Source of the DNA: Eubacteriales bacterium
Lineage (GTDB): Bacteria > Bacillota > Clostridia > Oscillospirales > CAG-272
Direction: 5' to 3'
Length of the DNA stretch: 64,000 nucleotides
Assembly: GCA_045660785.1 (NCBI GenBank)
Contig: JAZREL010000062.1
Span: forward strand, 11,716-75,715
The notes under the pieces were generated by a model. It was not told where the DNA came from and did not search any database. It saw only the letters and a list, made by a program, of their open reading frames with translations. Made by a program: the position numbers and the translations under genes. Shown here one piece after another: positions 19,149 through 28,340 of the stretch (position 1 is its first letter; every line of letters starts with the position of its first letter).

Positions 19149-19928
19149 GTGTCAGATATAAAAGGCAGAATATTTAATATTCAACGCTTTTCAATTCACG
19201 ACGGGCCGGGAATAAGAACAATTGTCTTTTTCAAGGGCTGCTATATGAGATGTGCGTGGTGCTGTAATCCCGAATCTCAAAACAAAGAAATTGAAACGAT
19301 TATAGAAAAAGGCAGAGAAAAAACGGTTGGCTACGACGTTAGGGTATCTGACGTTATGCCCGAAATTTTAGCCGACCTTCCCTACTATAAAAGAAGCGAG
19401 GGTGGCGTTACCCTTTCAGGTGGCGAGGTGCTTTGCCAAGCGGATTTTGCAAGGGAGCTATTAATTGCCTGCAAGGAGGCAGGGCTTCACACAGCCGTGG
19501 AGTCAGCCGCGTCCGCACCGATTTCTGAAATAGAAAAAATCCTTCCTTACGTTGATTTATACCTTATGGACATAAAGCATATGGACAGCGCAAAGCACAA
19601 GGAATATACGGCGGTTGGCAACGAGCGCATACTTGAAAATGCAAGAAAAATAGCCGAAAGCGGAGTTGAGCTTATAATAAGAACGCCCGTCATCCCCGGC
19701 TTTAACGACACACCCGAGGAAATAAAAGCAATTTCGCATTTTGCAAAAACCTTGCCGGGAGTAAAGGAGCATCACCTGCTTCCCTATCACCGCCTCGGCT
19801 CGGACAAATACCAAGGGCTTGGCAGAAAATATTCCCTGCCCGAAATTTTGCCGCCGACCAAGGAAAAAATGGAATATCTTTTGTCTTATGCAGAAACATC
19901 GGGGCTTAGATGTAAAATTGGAGGATAA
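19149..19928 (+). CDS. glycyl-radical enzyme activating protein (radical SAM)
   Basis: HDGPGIRTIVFFKGC, CxxxCxxC (CYMRCAWC), GGVTLSGGE, LLPYH; GTG start at 19149 after AAGGAGG (ORF track 19128). Confidence 0.93.
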   Translation: MSDIKGRIFNIQRFSIHDGPGIRTIVFFKGCYMRCAWCCNPESQNKEIETIIEKGREKTVGYDVRVSDVMPEILADLPYYKRSEGGVTLSGGEVLCQADFARELLIACKEAGLHTAVESAASAPISEIEKILPYVDLYLMDIKHMDSAKHKEYTAVGNERILENARKIAESGVELIIRTPVIPGFNDTPEEIKAISHFAKTLPGVKEHHLLPYHRLGSDKYQGLGRKYSLPEILPPTKEKMEYLLSYAETSGLRCKIGG

Positions 19929-19930
19929 CA

Positions 19931-20290
19931 ATGGAACTACGTGAAAATATGAGAATAGTGCAGGAGTTAGTACCGGGTAAGCAAATAACTCTTTGCCATA
20001 TAATCGCAAATCCCGACGACGTGCTTTACACCAAGCTCGGACTTGACCCAAAAACTGACTACACAAGAAGCGCAATAGGCGTGCTTACCGTTTCCCCTGC
20101 TGAAAGTGCGGTTATCACTGCCGATATTGCTATAAAATCATCGGGCGCGGACATCGGCTTCGTTGATAGATTTACAGGAACGTTAATTATCACGGGAAGC
20201 GTATCAAGCGTGGAATCCGCATTCGGTGCAATAAGAGAATATTTCACCTCAAAGCTTTCCTACGTTTGCTGTGAAATAACAAGAACGTAA
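19931..20290 (+). CDS. pduU: circularly permuted BMC shell protein PduU/EutS
   Basis: RIVQELVPGKQITLCHIIANP...GFVDRFTGTL...CEITRT. Confidence 0.92.
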   Translation: MELRENMRIVQELVPGKQITLCHIIANPDDVLYTKLGLDPKTDYTRSAIGVLTVSPAESAVITADIAIKSSGADIGFVDRFTGTLIITGSVSSVESAFGAIREYFTSKLSYVCCEITRT

Positions 20291-20739
20291 TGAAAAAAAT
20301 TATTTTAATAGGCAGAGTTGCGGCGGGCAAAACCACCCTAACTCAAGCGTTAAGCGGCGAAAAAATCCACTACTACAAAACGCAGTATATAAACTATCTT
20401 GATTCGATAATAGACACCCCCGGTGAATATACGGAGCTTAGGCAAACAAGCGGCGCACTCGCGCTTTATTCGTATGAAGCGGACGTTGTTGGACTTGTGC
20501 TTTCGGCAAACGAGCCGTACTCTATTTTCTCACCCTGCATTACAAGCTTGGTTAACCGCGAGGTTGTTGGCATTATCACTGGCATAGACAAGCCCGATGC
20601 CAATCCCGAAAGAGTTGAAAGATGGCTACGCTTGGCGGGCTGTAAGAAAATATTTCCCGTCAGCGCTTATACAGGCGAGGGGCTTGACGCGCTTTTAGAA
20701 TTTCTCGCCGAGGATGAAAAGGATTTCAAAGAAAATTAA
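20290..20739 (+). CDS. pduV: PduV/EutP Ras-like GTPase
   Basis: IILIGRVAAGKTTL, YYKTQ, IDTPGEY. Confidence 0.92.
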   Translation: MKKIILIGRVAAGKTTLTQALSGEKIHYYKTQYINYLDSIIDTPGEYTELRQTSGALALYSYEADVVGLVLSANEPYSIFSPCITSLVNREVVGIITGIDKPDANPERVERWLRLAGCKKIFPVSAYTGEGLDALLEFLAEDEKDFKEN

Positions 20740-20793
20740 CGTCGATAACGGATTTTGACCGTTTATAAATCGGCATATAGGAGGCAATGCAAA

Positions 20794-21585
20794 ATGAGCA
20801 GAACCCAAATAATAGCGTTTGCAAATAACAAGGGCGGAAGCGGAAAAACCACAAGCTGCTCCAATATAGGATGCGCACTTGCGCTTATGGGCAAAAGGGT
20901 GCTTTTGATTGACGGAGATATGCAGCTTAATTTGACGCTTTCCTTCTTCGATGAGGAAAGAGCGCTTGAATATGCAAGCAACGGAAAAAATATATATACG
21001 GCAATAAAGGAAGAAAAGGACCTTTCCGATTTCGTGGTAGCCACGGAATACGAGGGGCTTGATATAATACCGTCAACTTCACTTATGAGCGCGGTTGAGT
21101 TTGACCTCTTTTCCAAATGGCAAAGAGAATTTATACTTAAAAAATGCTTGGAGCCGATAAGAGCTCGCGGCTATTACGATTACATACTTATAGATTCACC
21201 ACCGACGCTTGGCGGATGGGTAATGAACATTATGTGCGCCTCTGACTTCGTTGTTATTCCCGTGGAGGCAAGCCCTTGGGGTCTTTTCGGCCTTGCAAAT
21301 ATGTTTGACTTCATAGGTAAGGTGAGCGAAATATCCCCTCGCCTTGAGGTTATGGGAATTATGGTGACCAAGGCGGACGAGAGAAAAACCTACTTTAAGG
21401 AAACCTTGAAAACCTTAAGAGAAAGCGAAAACGTAAGAGTTTTTGACGGCTACGTAAGGGTTGACAGTGCAGTTGAGTGGTCGCAGGACAACAGTAAGCC
21501 CGTTGTTGCTTACAAAAAATACTCAAGAAGCGCACTTGAATATACTAAGCTCGCAAAGGAGATTTTAAAGTATGCCAATAGGTAA
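20794..21585 (+). CDS. ParA/MinD family ATPase within the BMC operon (McdA-like candidate)
   Basis: Deviant Walker A NNKGGSGKTT, LLIDGDMQ, ILIDSPP; ATG 20794 after AGGAGG (ORF track 20755). Confidence 0.9.
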   Translation: MSRTQIIAFANNKGGSGKTTSCSNIGCALALMGKRVLLIDGDMQLNLTLSFFDEERALEYASNGKNIYTAIKEEKDLSDFVVATEYEGLDIIPSTSLMSAVEFDLFSKWQREFILKKCLEPIRARGYYDYILIDSPPTLGGWVMNIMCASDFVVIPVEASPWGLFGLANMFDFIGKVSEISPRLEVMGIMVTKADERKTYFKETLKTLRESENVRVFDGYVRVDSAVEWSQDNSKPVVAYKKYSRSALEYTKLAKEILKYANR

Positions 21586-21976
21586 AAATGCGATAAAAAG
21601 AGTAACGAATAACGGCTACTCGAGTGTAAAAACAGAAGCACCCGATATGGAAAACAGTGTTGTAGCCGAGGAAAAAACCGCGACAGAGCCAAAAAAGCCG
21701 ACAGCGAAAAAAGCAGCTCCTAAAGCAGCTGCAAAGACAGCCGAGCCAAAGAAAACAGCCGAGCCAAAGAAGGCAGCTGAGCCAAAGAAAGCGGCTGAAC
21801 CAAAGAAAACCGCCCCAAAATCATCCACCTCACCCAAAAAGAGCATGGAAAAGGAGCCCGACCTTGCACCTGTAAAAACACTTGAAAAGGTTGTTGCCAA
21901 AACCGATGAGGCGAAAAAAAGAGAGGGCGATGGCTACGTAAATCTTGGCGGGGATTTACCGTATTACTTGTTATAA
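21572..21976 (+). CDS. small disordered Lys/Ala/Pro-rich protein overlapping the ParA stop (McdB-like candidate)
   Basis: 14-nt overlap with parA; basic N-terminus MPIGKNAIKRV, AEPKK repeats, aromatic C-terminus GGDLPYYLL. Confidence 0.75.
   Translation: MPIGKNAIKRVTNNGYSSVKTEAPDMENSVVAEEKTATEPKKPTAKKAAPKAAAKTAEPKKTAEPKKAAEPKKAAEPKKTAPKSSTSPKKSMEKEPDLAPVKTLEKVVAKTDEAKKREGDGYVNLGGDLPYYLL
21737..21808 (+). repeat. 18-bp coding tandem repeat x4 (T/AAEPKK)
   Basis: RCRGCYGARCCAAAGAAR units in tandem. Confidence 0.85.
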
Positions 21977-21978
21977 TT

Positions 21979-22011
21979 AAAAGAGCAGAATTCCCTGCTC
22001 TTTTTTATTTT
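21979..22011 (+). terminator. Rho-independent terminator ending the BMC operon
   Basis: AAAAGAGCAG-aattcc-CTGCTCTTTT plus T tract. Confidence 0.8.
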
Positions 22012-22131
22012 TGTAATGCAAATATAAAATACGTAAGCCACGATTAATCAAACTCACTTGAATTAGTGGAAAAATTGTTGTATACTTGAATTATAAAGAA
22101 AAGCGGTCGAGCTTGACAGAAATGAGGTTTT

Positions 22132-25071
22132 ATGAAAAAGCTTTTATGCGCGTTTTTTGCGCTTCTTTTAGTGGTATTGTTGGTTGGCGCGTGTGCGCCC
22201 GTTATATCAAGTGATACCTCAACTGATACCGAAACGGGTGGAGGGACAAATAGTGACACAAATGATAACGTTTCAAGTGACACCTCAACCGACACGGGCG
22301 AAAATAAGCCAAGCGATACGGACACAGACGAAAATAAGCCGAGTGACACGGACACCGATGAAAATAAGCCGAGCGACACGGACACTGACGAAAACAAGCC
22401 GAGTGACACGGACACTGACGAAAACGAAAAGCCAAAGGACGTTGAAAACAGCGTGTCTAAAACCGCCACCGAAATGGCAACAAGCATTGGCAAGGGCGGA
22501 AACGGTGATATTGTAAGCGGTGCGGAAATAAAGCTTGATGACAATATTTCGGTTAGCTTTGGCAAGGGCACTGCCAACACCGAGCCCGCTTTGTATAGCG
22601 AAGCAATTCGTATTTATCAAAACGGCGGCACGCTTACAGTTAAAGCAAAGAACGGCACAACACTTAAAACCGTTATTATAACCTTTGACGATTCAAAATC
22701 GGGAAACAACAAGCTCACCGTTTCAGGAGGCAGCAAGCCAAGTGTCAACGGTGACACGATTACAGTAAATGCAAATAGCGGTGTTAGCGAAATTACAATT
22801 ACCGTTAGCGGTACGTCAAAATCAGACCGCCTTTACGTTTCCGAAATAGAGGTTATTTACGTAGGTCAGGGCACACCAAGCGAGCCAAGCAAGCCCGACA
22901 CAGGAGACGGTGACGAAAACGGCGGAGACAGAAGCCATCTTTACACCGATTTTACAGCAAGTGAAAAAAGCACGTATAACGAGTACGTTGGATTTGTAAT
23001 TCCGTTTTTTAAAAACAATGAATATTACATAGAAAGCTACGACGAGGACGGCTACCGCGGAGTTTACTTCTCTGCCATTTGCCAAAGCAAGAGCGATTTT
23101 GACAGCTATCTTACCGCCTTCTCCTCATACGTAAGTGACGGCACGGACGTTGACGAATACGGCGACACTTGGTACTTATATTCTAAAAACGGCGTTTACG
23201 TGGACGTTTGCTACTACGAATACGAGGGTGCTTACTACGTTGACGTTGATGCATATTCCGAGTCGAATGGCGGAAACGGTGGCGGCGGAAACGGTGGCGG
23301 CGGAAACGGCGATAGCGGAAGCGACGATGACGGCGACGGCAGCGAAGGAAGCTATCTTTACTATGAATTTACAGCAAGCGAAAAAAGCACGTATAACGAG
23401 TACGTTGGATTTGTAATTCCGTTTCTTTCAAACAATGAATATACCGTAGAGGGCTACGACGAGGATGGATACCGCGGTGTTTACTACTCTGCCCTTTGTG
23501 AGAGTGAAACGTCCTTCACTTGGTATCTTGCGATGTTCTCCTCATACGGAAGCGACGGCACAGACGTTGACGAATACGGCGACACTTGGTATTTATATTC
23601 CAAAAACGGCGTTTACGTGGACGTTTGCTACTACGAATACGAGGGTGCTTACTACGTTGACGTTGACGCGTGGCTTGAATCAAGCGGCGGCGACAGTGGT
23701 GACGGTGACAGTGGAAACGGCGACAATAGCGGTAACGGCGGCAACGAGGATGACGAAAACGTTATCACAAACGCAGGCGCATCCTTGCCAAACGACAACG
23801 GAAGCGGAATATATGATGTGAATTTCAAGGACGCAGACAAGGTAAAGGACGTGACCGATCAGGGCTATTATCTTGACGGCTGCCCAACAACGGGTGCGCC
23901 CGCTGTGCTTGTTATTCCCGTTGATTTCAGCGACAGAAGCGCGTCCTTGCTTGGCTACGACATAGACAAGATAAAGAACGTGTTTTATGAAAACGGCGAA
24001 AACGACTACTACTCCGTGTACGATTATTACTACATATCAAGTATGGGTCAATTAACCCTTGATATTACCGTGGTTGACAGTTGGTTCAGACCGTCAAACC
24101 CAAGCACCTATTACGCCAAGCGCACAATGAATTACGACGGTGAAAGCGTATTTATAGGCGATCAGCTTATTATGGACGAGGCGCTTGCGTACCTTGCAAA
24201 AACAATGGACCTTTCAAAATTCGATTCGGATTCTAACGGAAGGATAGACTCAGTTGTGCTTGTGACGTCACTTGAAATCGACCCCGACACCGATTTTTAT
24301 TGGGCGTACAGATATTGGAACATATATACCGATAGCAACGATTACTACTACGAATACGACGGAGTTAGCGCAAACGACTACGTTTGGGCATCCTATTCCT
24401 TTATATATGACGATATGAACGACGGCTACTCCGACACGTCAATTTCAAATCCGTACACCTTTATTCACGAGTTTGGACATATTCTCGGCGTTGAGGACTA
24501 TTACGATACCGCGTACGCCTCATCCCCGCTTGACGGCTACGATATTATGGACTCTATGATAGCTGACCATAACGCGTACACAAAGTTTAACCTCGGTTGG
24601 ATTACCTCGTCGCGCCTTGTGGTGACTGACACCTCCGTCACCGTAACGCTTGAAGCGTTTTCGCAAAGCGGAGATACGCTGATTTTAGCAAACAATTGGG
24701 ACCCAACCCTTGGCGTATATCAGGAATATTATATTTTAGTTTACTATACCGAAAGCGAGCTTAACTCGGGAATGGGCGGCTTGTTTGATGAAGCGGGAAT
24801 AGTTGTCTATCACGTAAACGCTTCCCTTTTCTTTGAGGAGTACGAGGGCGAGATATATTACGACGTGTATAATAACAACACCGACCCCTCAGACGATTAC
24901 GGCACGAAAAATAACCTTCTTGAGCTTGTAAAGGGAAATGACGACTACGTTTACCAAGCGGGCGAAAGTATGCCCACGGTTTATGACGACTACGGCACGC
25001 CGCTTTCATATACCTTTACGGTAACAAGCGTTCAAGACGGCGCGGCAACGCTTACAGTAAGCGTAAGATAA
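22132..25071 (+). CDS. lipoprotein with M6-like (immune inhibitor A type) zinc metalloprotease domain
   Basis: Lipobox LVGAC; VLVIPVDFSD, HEFGHILGVEDYYD zinc motif, YDIMD Met-turn, LGW; Asp/Thr/Gly-rich linkers. Confidence 0.85.
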   Translation: MKKLLCAFFALLLVVLLVGACAPVISSDTSTDTETGGGTNSDTNDNVSSDTSTDTGENKPSDTDTDENKPSDTDTDENKPSDTDTDENKPSDTDTDENEKPKDVENSVSKTATEMATSIGKGGNGDIVSGAEIKLDDNISVSFGKGTANTEPALYSEAIRIYQNGGTLTVKAKNGTTLKTVIITFDDSKSGNNKLTVSGGSKPSVNGDTITVNANSGVSEITITVSGTSKSDRLYVSEIEVIYVGQGTPSEPSKPDTGDGDENGGDRSHLYTDFTASEKSTYNEYVGFVIPFFKNNEYYIESYDEDGYRGVYFSAICQSKSDFDSYLTAFSSYVSDGTDVDEYGDTWYLYSKNGVYVDVCYYEYEGAYYVDVDAYSESNGGNGGGGNGGGGNGDSGSDDDGDGSEGSYLYYEFTASEKSTYNEYVGFVIPFLSNNEYTVEGYDEDGYRGVYYSALCESETSFTWYLAMFSSYGSDGTDVDEYGDTWYLYSKNGVYVDVCYYEYEGAYYVDVDAWLESSGGDSGDGDSGNGDNSGNGGNEDDENVITNAGASLPNDNGSGIYDVNFKDADKVKDVTDQGYYLDGCPTTGAPAVLVIPVDFSDRSASLLGYDIDKIKNVFYENGENDYYSVYDYYYISSMGQLTLDITVVDSWFRPSNPSTYYAKRTMNYDGESVFIGDQLIMDEALAYLAKTMDLSKFDSDSNGRIDSVVLVTSLEIDPDTDFYWAYRYWNIYTDSNDYYYEYDGVSANDYVWASYSFIYDDMNDGYSDTSISNPYTFIHEFGHILGVEDYYDTAYASSPLDGYDIMDSMIADHNAYTKFNLGWITSSRLVVTDTSVTVTLEAFSQSGDTLILANNWDPTLGVYQEYYILVYYTESELNSGMGGLFDEAGIVVYHVNASLFFEEYEGEIYYDVYNNNTDPSDDYGTKNNLLELVKGNDDYVYQAGESMPTVYDDYGTPLSYTFTVTSVQDGAATLTVSVR
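22300..22425 (+). repeat. 30-bp coding tandem repeat x4 (ENKPSDTDTD)
   Basis: GAAAAYAAGCCRAGYGAYACGGACACHGAY units. Confidence 0.9.
22931..23670 (+). repeat. internal domain duplication (about 323 bp x2, offset 417 bp)
   Basis: 22931-23253 and 23348-23670 encode near-identical FTASEKSTYNEYVGFVIPF...YYVDVDA domains. Confidence 0.9.
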
Positions 25072-25278
25072 AAAGTATTACAAAGCGGCTAACGAAGAAC
25101 TAAAAATCAAACACCCCTCGGGCAAAAAACTGTATAAAAATTCAAAAAGAGAGAAAGACGGCAAAGCCGCTTCTCTCTTTTTTATTGATGCTAATTTCCA
25201 AGCCGCCAAAAATCTTATTGAACTATTTTATATTTTATGGTACTATATAATTGAACGAAAAAATAAACGGAGTGCTTT

Positions 25279-27321
25279 ATGAAAATAAAAAAGCTTTTAT
25301 TATTTATTTGTCTTGCTTTAACGGTGCTTTCTTTGGTAGCTTGCCAAACGGGCACGGTCAATACAGGCGGCGGGACACAAACAAACGAGGATGAAATAAA
25401 CAAGGACACATCTACCTCGACGGATACCTCGGGGGACACCTCGACGGGTAGCTCGGGTGACACATCAACCGACACCTCGGGGGACGTTGGCAACGGGGAT
25501 GACGCGACAACTAACTATTTTGTGGCAACTGTAAACACAAACTCATACGTTAAGCACTCTCCCTACACGGGCGGCACCTCATTGCCGAGTGAGCTTGAGG
25601 GCATATACTATTCCGCCACGTCCCCAGGGGCAACCCCGACAGGCGACGGCACGGGCGATATATGGCTGACCCTTACCCCCTTAAAGGATATGCGCGTTTC
25701 AAGAGTTGTAATAGAGGGCGAGTTTGCATATCTTACCGAGCATGACGGAGATGTTTACTGCATAAACGACGTAAAATCCGACCTTGACGTAATTGTTTAT
25801 ACCGCGCCGCTTATCTCATCGCAAAGCGAGATGCTTTTGGATTACGGCTACGGCATTTCGGACGACGGAAAATTGACGGTGACGTGGCAACAAAGCCAAG
25901 ATACTCCCCTTCGCTACGTTGAAATAATATATACGGATAGTAGCGGCAGCCATACTGAATATATTGATGCAAGCTTAGGCGAAAAAGAGCTTTTTACAAT
26001 GACGGAAAATAAGATTTACAACCTTTCGATAAGCGCGCTCGGCAAAAAAGAAATAGGCAAAAAAATCGATATTTCCTGCTGCTATATGAAAGCGCCAAAG
26101 GAGGTAAAATTCCCGCGCGTTGAAATTACGACACAGAATTTCGTATGGCCAAGCTGTGATTTCGTTTCATCTCCCGATGATTGTTGGGGCGCAGGCATTA
26201 CAAACGCATTTTACGAGCAATGTATAATGACGCTATATAACGAAAACAACGAGGTTGTGTATGCATCCTCCCTCGGCGGTGAAAACGGCCACGACTATAA
26301 CGGCGCAAAGCTGAAAATCCGCGGAAACACAAGTGCCCGCTATGCATCGAAGGCAAGATACCCCTACAAGCTGAAGCTTGAGGAAAAGTTTGACTTGTTA
26401 GCTCCCTTGATTGGCAGAAGCGGTGAACTGGACGGCTACGCCGACAGAGATTGGGTGCTTCTTAATTACGGAAACGATGGCTACCGCATAAGCGGAGATG
26501 CAATTGCGGATGCAGTCGGCACGGAGTGGTCACCCGATTACTGCTACGTCAGCTTATATTTAAACGGTGAGTACAGAGGACTTTACGTTTTGTCCGAGGC
26601 AGTTGAGGAAGGAAACGGAGAGGGCGATGAGGCGTGGCGAGTAAACGTGGACAGTGACGGCTTCGTTTTCGAGTGCGATGCGTATTGGTGGAACGAGGAC
26701 TACTATTTCAGTACTCCGCTTACAAAGGACACGCCTATGTATTTTACCTTTAAATATCCCGACCCCGATGAAAAGCCCGACTATACCTATTTAAGGGATT
26801 ACCTTATAAAATTCGAGGAGGCGCTGAAGAAAAACGACGACTCCTACCTTGAGTACATCGACCTTGACTCCTTTGTAAAATGGCTACTCGTTTCGGATTA
26901 CCTGTGCATTAACGACGGCGGCGGCTGCAACATCTTCCTATATAAAAAGGATGCAACCGACGAAACGAAGCTTTGTATGGGCCCAAATTGGGATTTTGAT
27001 TCCTATATGGGAAGCGTCGAGGGCTTGTCTGTAATTCGTATGGATTATGACGGCGCACCCTTCTATTATCGGTATTTGATAAAAAAGCCATCCTTCCAAA
27101 AGAGGTATAACGAGCTGTTTTTTGAAACGCGCCAAAGCTTAGAGGAATACGTAAACGATGCCTTTGCCAGAATTGACGAAAAAGCACACACGGAGCTTTT
27201 AAGATACGATAACTTGCGATTTGGCACGTCGGTGAAATCACTTTCCACAAGAAAAAACACCTTCTTAAGCTGGCTAAGCGATCATCTTTGGTGGATGGAA
27301 ACAAAATTCCAAAATCAATAA
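25279..27321 (+). CDS. lipoprotein with CotH kinase-like domain
   Basis: Lipobox LVAC; KIRGNTS, YKLKL, DWVLLN, LNGEYRGLYVLSE, GPNWDFD. Confidence 0.85.
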   Translation: MKIKKLLLFICLALTVLSLVACQTGTVNTGGGTQTNEDEINKDTSTSTDTSGDTSTGSSGDTSTDTSGDVGNGDDATTNYFVATVNTNSYVKHSPYTGGTSLPSELEGIYYSATSPGATPTGDGTGDIWLTLTPLKDMRVSRVVIEGEFAYLTEHDGDVYCINDVKSDLDVIVYTAPLISSQSEMLLDYGYGISDDGKLTVTWQQSQDTPLRYVEIIYTDSSGSHTEYIDASLGEKELFTMTENKIYNLSISALGKKEIGKKIDISCCYMKAPKEVKFPRVEITTQNFVWPSCDFVSSPDDCWGAGITNAFYEQCIMTLYNENNEVVYASSLGGENGHDYNGAKLKIRGNTSARYASKARYPYKLKLEEKFDLLAPLIGRSGELDGYADRDWVLLNYGNDGYRISGDAIADAVGTEWSPDYCYVSLYLNGEYRGLYVLSEAVEEGNGEGDEAWRVNVDSDGFVFECDAYWWNEDYYFSTPLTKDTPMYFTFKYPDPDEKPDYTYLRDYLIKFEEALKKNDDSYLEYIDLDSFVKWLLVSDYLCINDGGGCNIFLYKKDATDETKLCMGPNWDFDSYMGSVEGLSVIRMDYDGAPFYYRYLIKKPSFQKRYNELFFETRQSLEEYVNDAFARIDEKAHTELLRYDNLRFGTSVKSLSTRKNTFLSWLSDHLWWMETKFQNQ

Positions 27322-27325
27322 CCTA

Positions 27326-27354
27326 AAAAAGGACAGAATTTTCTGTCCTTTTTT
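27326..27354 (+). terminator. Rho-independent terminator
   Basis: AAAAAGGACAGAA-tt-TTCTGTCCTTTTT. Confidence 0.75.
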
Positions 27355-27423
27355 CTGCTTTTATTGCATTGTTAATTCGTTTGTGATATTATGTAATTAG
27401 AATATTATAAGGAGCTTTGGTCA

Positions 27424-27683
27424 ATGGAAGAAAAAAGCTTGAAAAAGATACATATGATATGCAACGCGCATATCGACTCTGTATGGCAGTGGGACTTGCC
27501 CGAGGGCATTAGTGCAACGCTGTCAAGCTTTTATTCCGTCTGATTAACAACACTCCAAGCAGTGAAAAATCGTATATCGCGGTAAACGGCGCGCGCCTTG
27601 ATTTAACCTTCGGTAAATACGAGGTTAAAACCGTGGTTTACGAAAACGGCGCATTAAAAGAGCATTACGAAATGATTGTATAA
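27424..27683 (+). pseudogene. alpha-mannosidase (GH38) remnant with large internal deletion
   Basis: AAGGAG RBS, then MEEKSLKKIHMICNAHIDSVWQWDLPEG (GH38 N-terminal HxD..W motif) stopping at 27541-27543; a shifted frame reads FRLINN...LTFGKYEVKTVV...MIV* (GH38-like C-terminus). Confidence 0.7.
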
Positions 27684-27702
27684 CAAATTAAAGAGGTAAA
27701 TT

Positions 27703-28323
27703 ATGAGAATTTTATTTCAAGGCGATTCAATAACAGATGCAGGCAGAGATTATAATAACGACACCTTGCTTGGCAGGGGCTACGCACATCTTGTTTCTGC
27801 ATCCCTCGGCTTTAGTGAGCCAAATAAGCACACCTTTGTAAACAAGGGCATCAGCGGCAACCGTATAGTTGACCTTTATGCGCGCATAAAGAGAGATATT
27901 ATCAATTATCAGCCGGAGGTAATGAGCATTCTTATCGGTGTAAACGACGTATGGCACGAATTGGGCGAAAGTCCGAACGGCGTAGATGCGGACAAATTCT
28001 TTAAGATTTATTCGATGCTTATCGAGGAGGTTAAGGAAGCGCTTCCTAATATCAAAATTATGATTTTGGAGCCGTTTGTTTTAGAGGCGTGCTCAACTGA
28101 GGGCTCTTGGGAATATTTCAGCACCGAAACCGAAAAACGCGCTGAAATGGCAAAGAAGATTGCAGAAAAGTACAATTTGACGTTTATTCCGCTTCAAAAC
28201 GGCTTTGATATGCTTGCGAAAAATACCGAAAACAGCTATTGGCTCGGTGACGGCGTGCATCCGACGGCGGCAGGCCACGAATATATCAAAAACGAGTGGC
28301 TTAAGGCATATAACAATTTATAA
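27703..28323 (+). CDS. SGNH/GDSL lipase-esterase
   Basis: FQGDSITD, NKGISGN, IGVND, DGVHP. Confidence 0.93.
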   Translation: MRILFQGDSITDAGRDYNNDTLLGRGYAHLVSASLGFSEPNKHTFVNKGISGNRIVDLYARIKRDIINYQPEVMSILIGVNDVWHELGESPNGVDADKFFKIYSMLIEEVKEALPNIKIMILEPFVLEACSTEGSWEYFSTETEKRAEMAKKIAEKYNLTFIPLQNGFDMLAKNTENSYWLGDGVHPTAAGHEYIKNEWLKAYNNL

Positions 28324-28340
28324 TTAATTAAGGGGAACGT

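Noticed and set aside
20794..21976. Plasmid/ICE partition cassette
   Set aside because: No ParB or ribbon-helix-helix partner, no centromere repeats or mobility genes; the pair is inside the BMC operon before its terminator.
22300..22425. CRISPR-like 30-bp repeats
   Set aside because: Contiguous in-frame coding repeats with no spacers.
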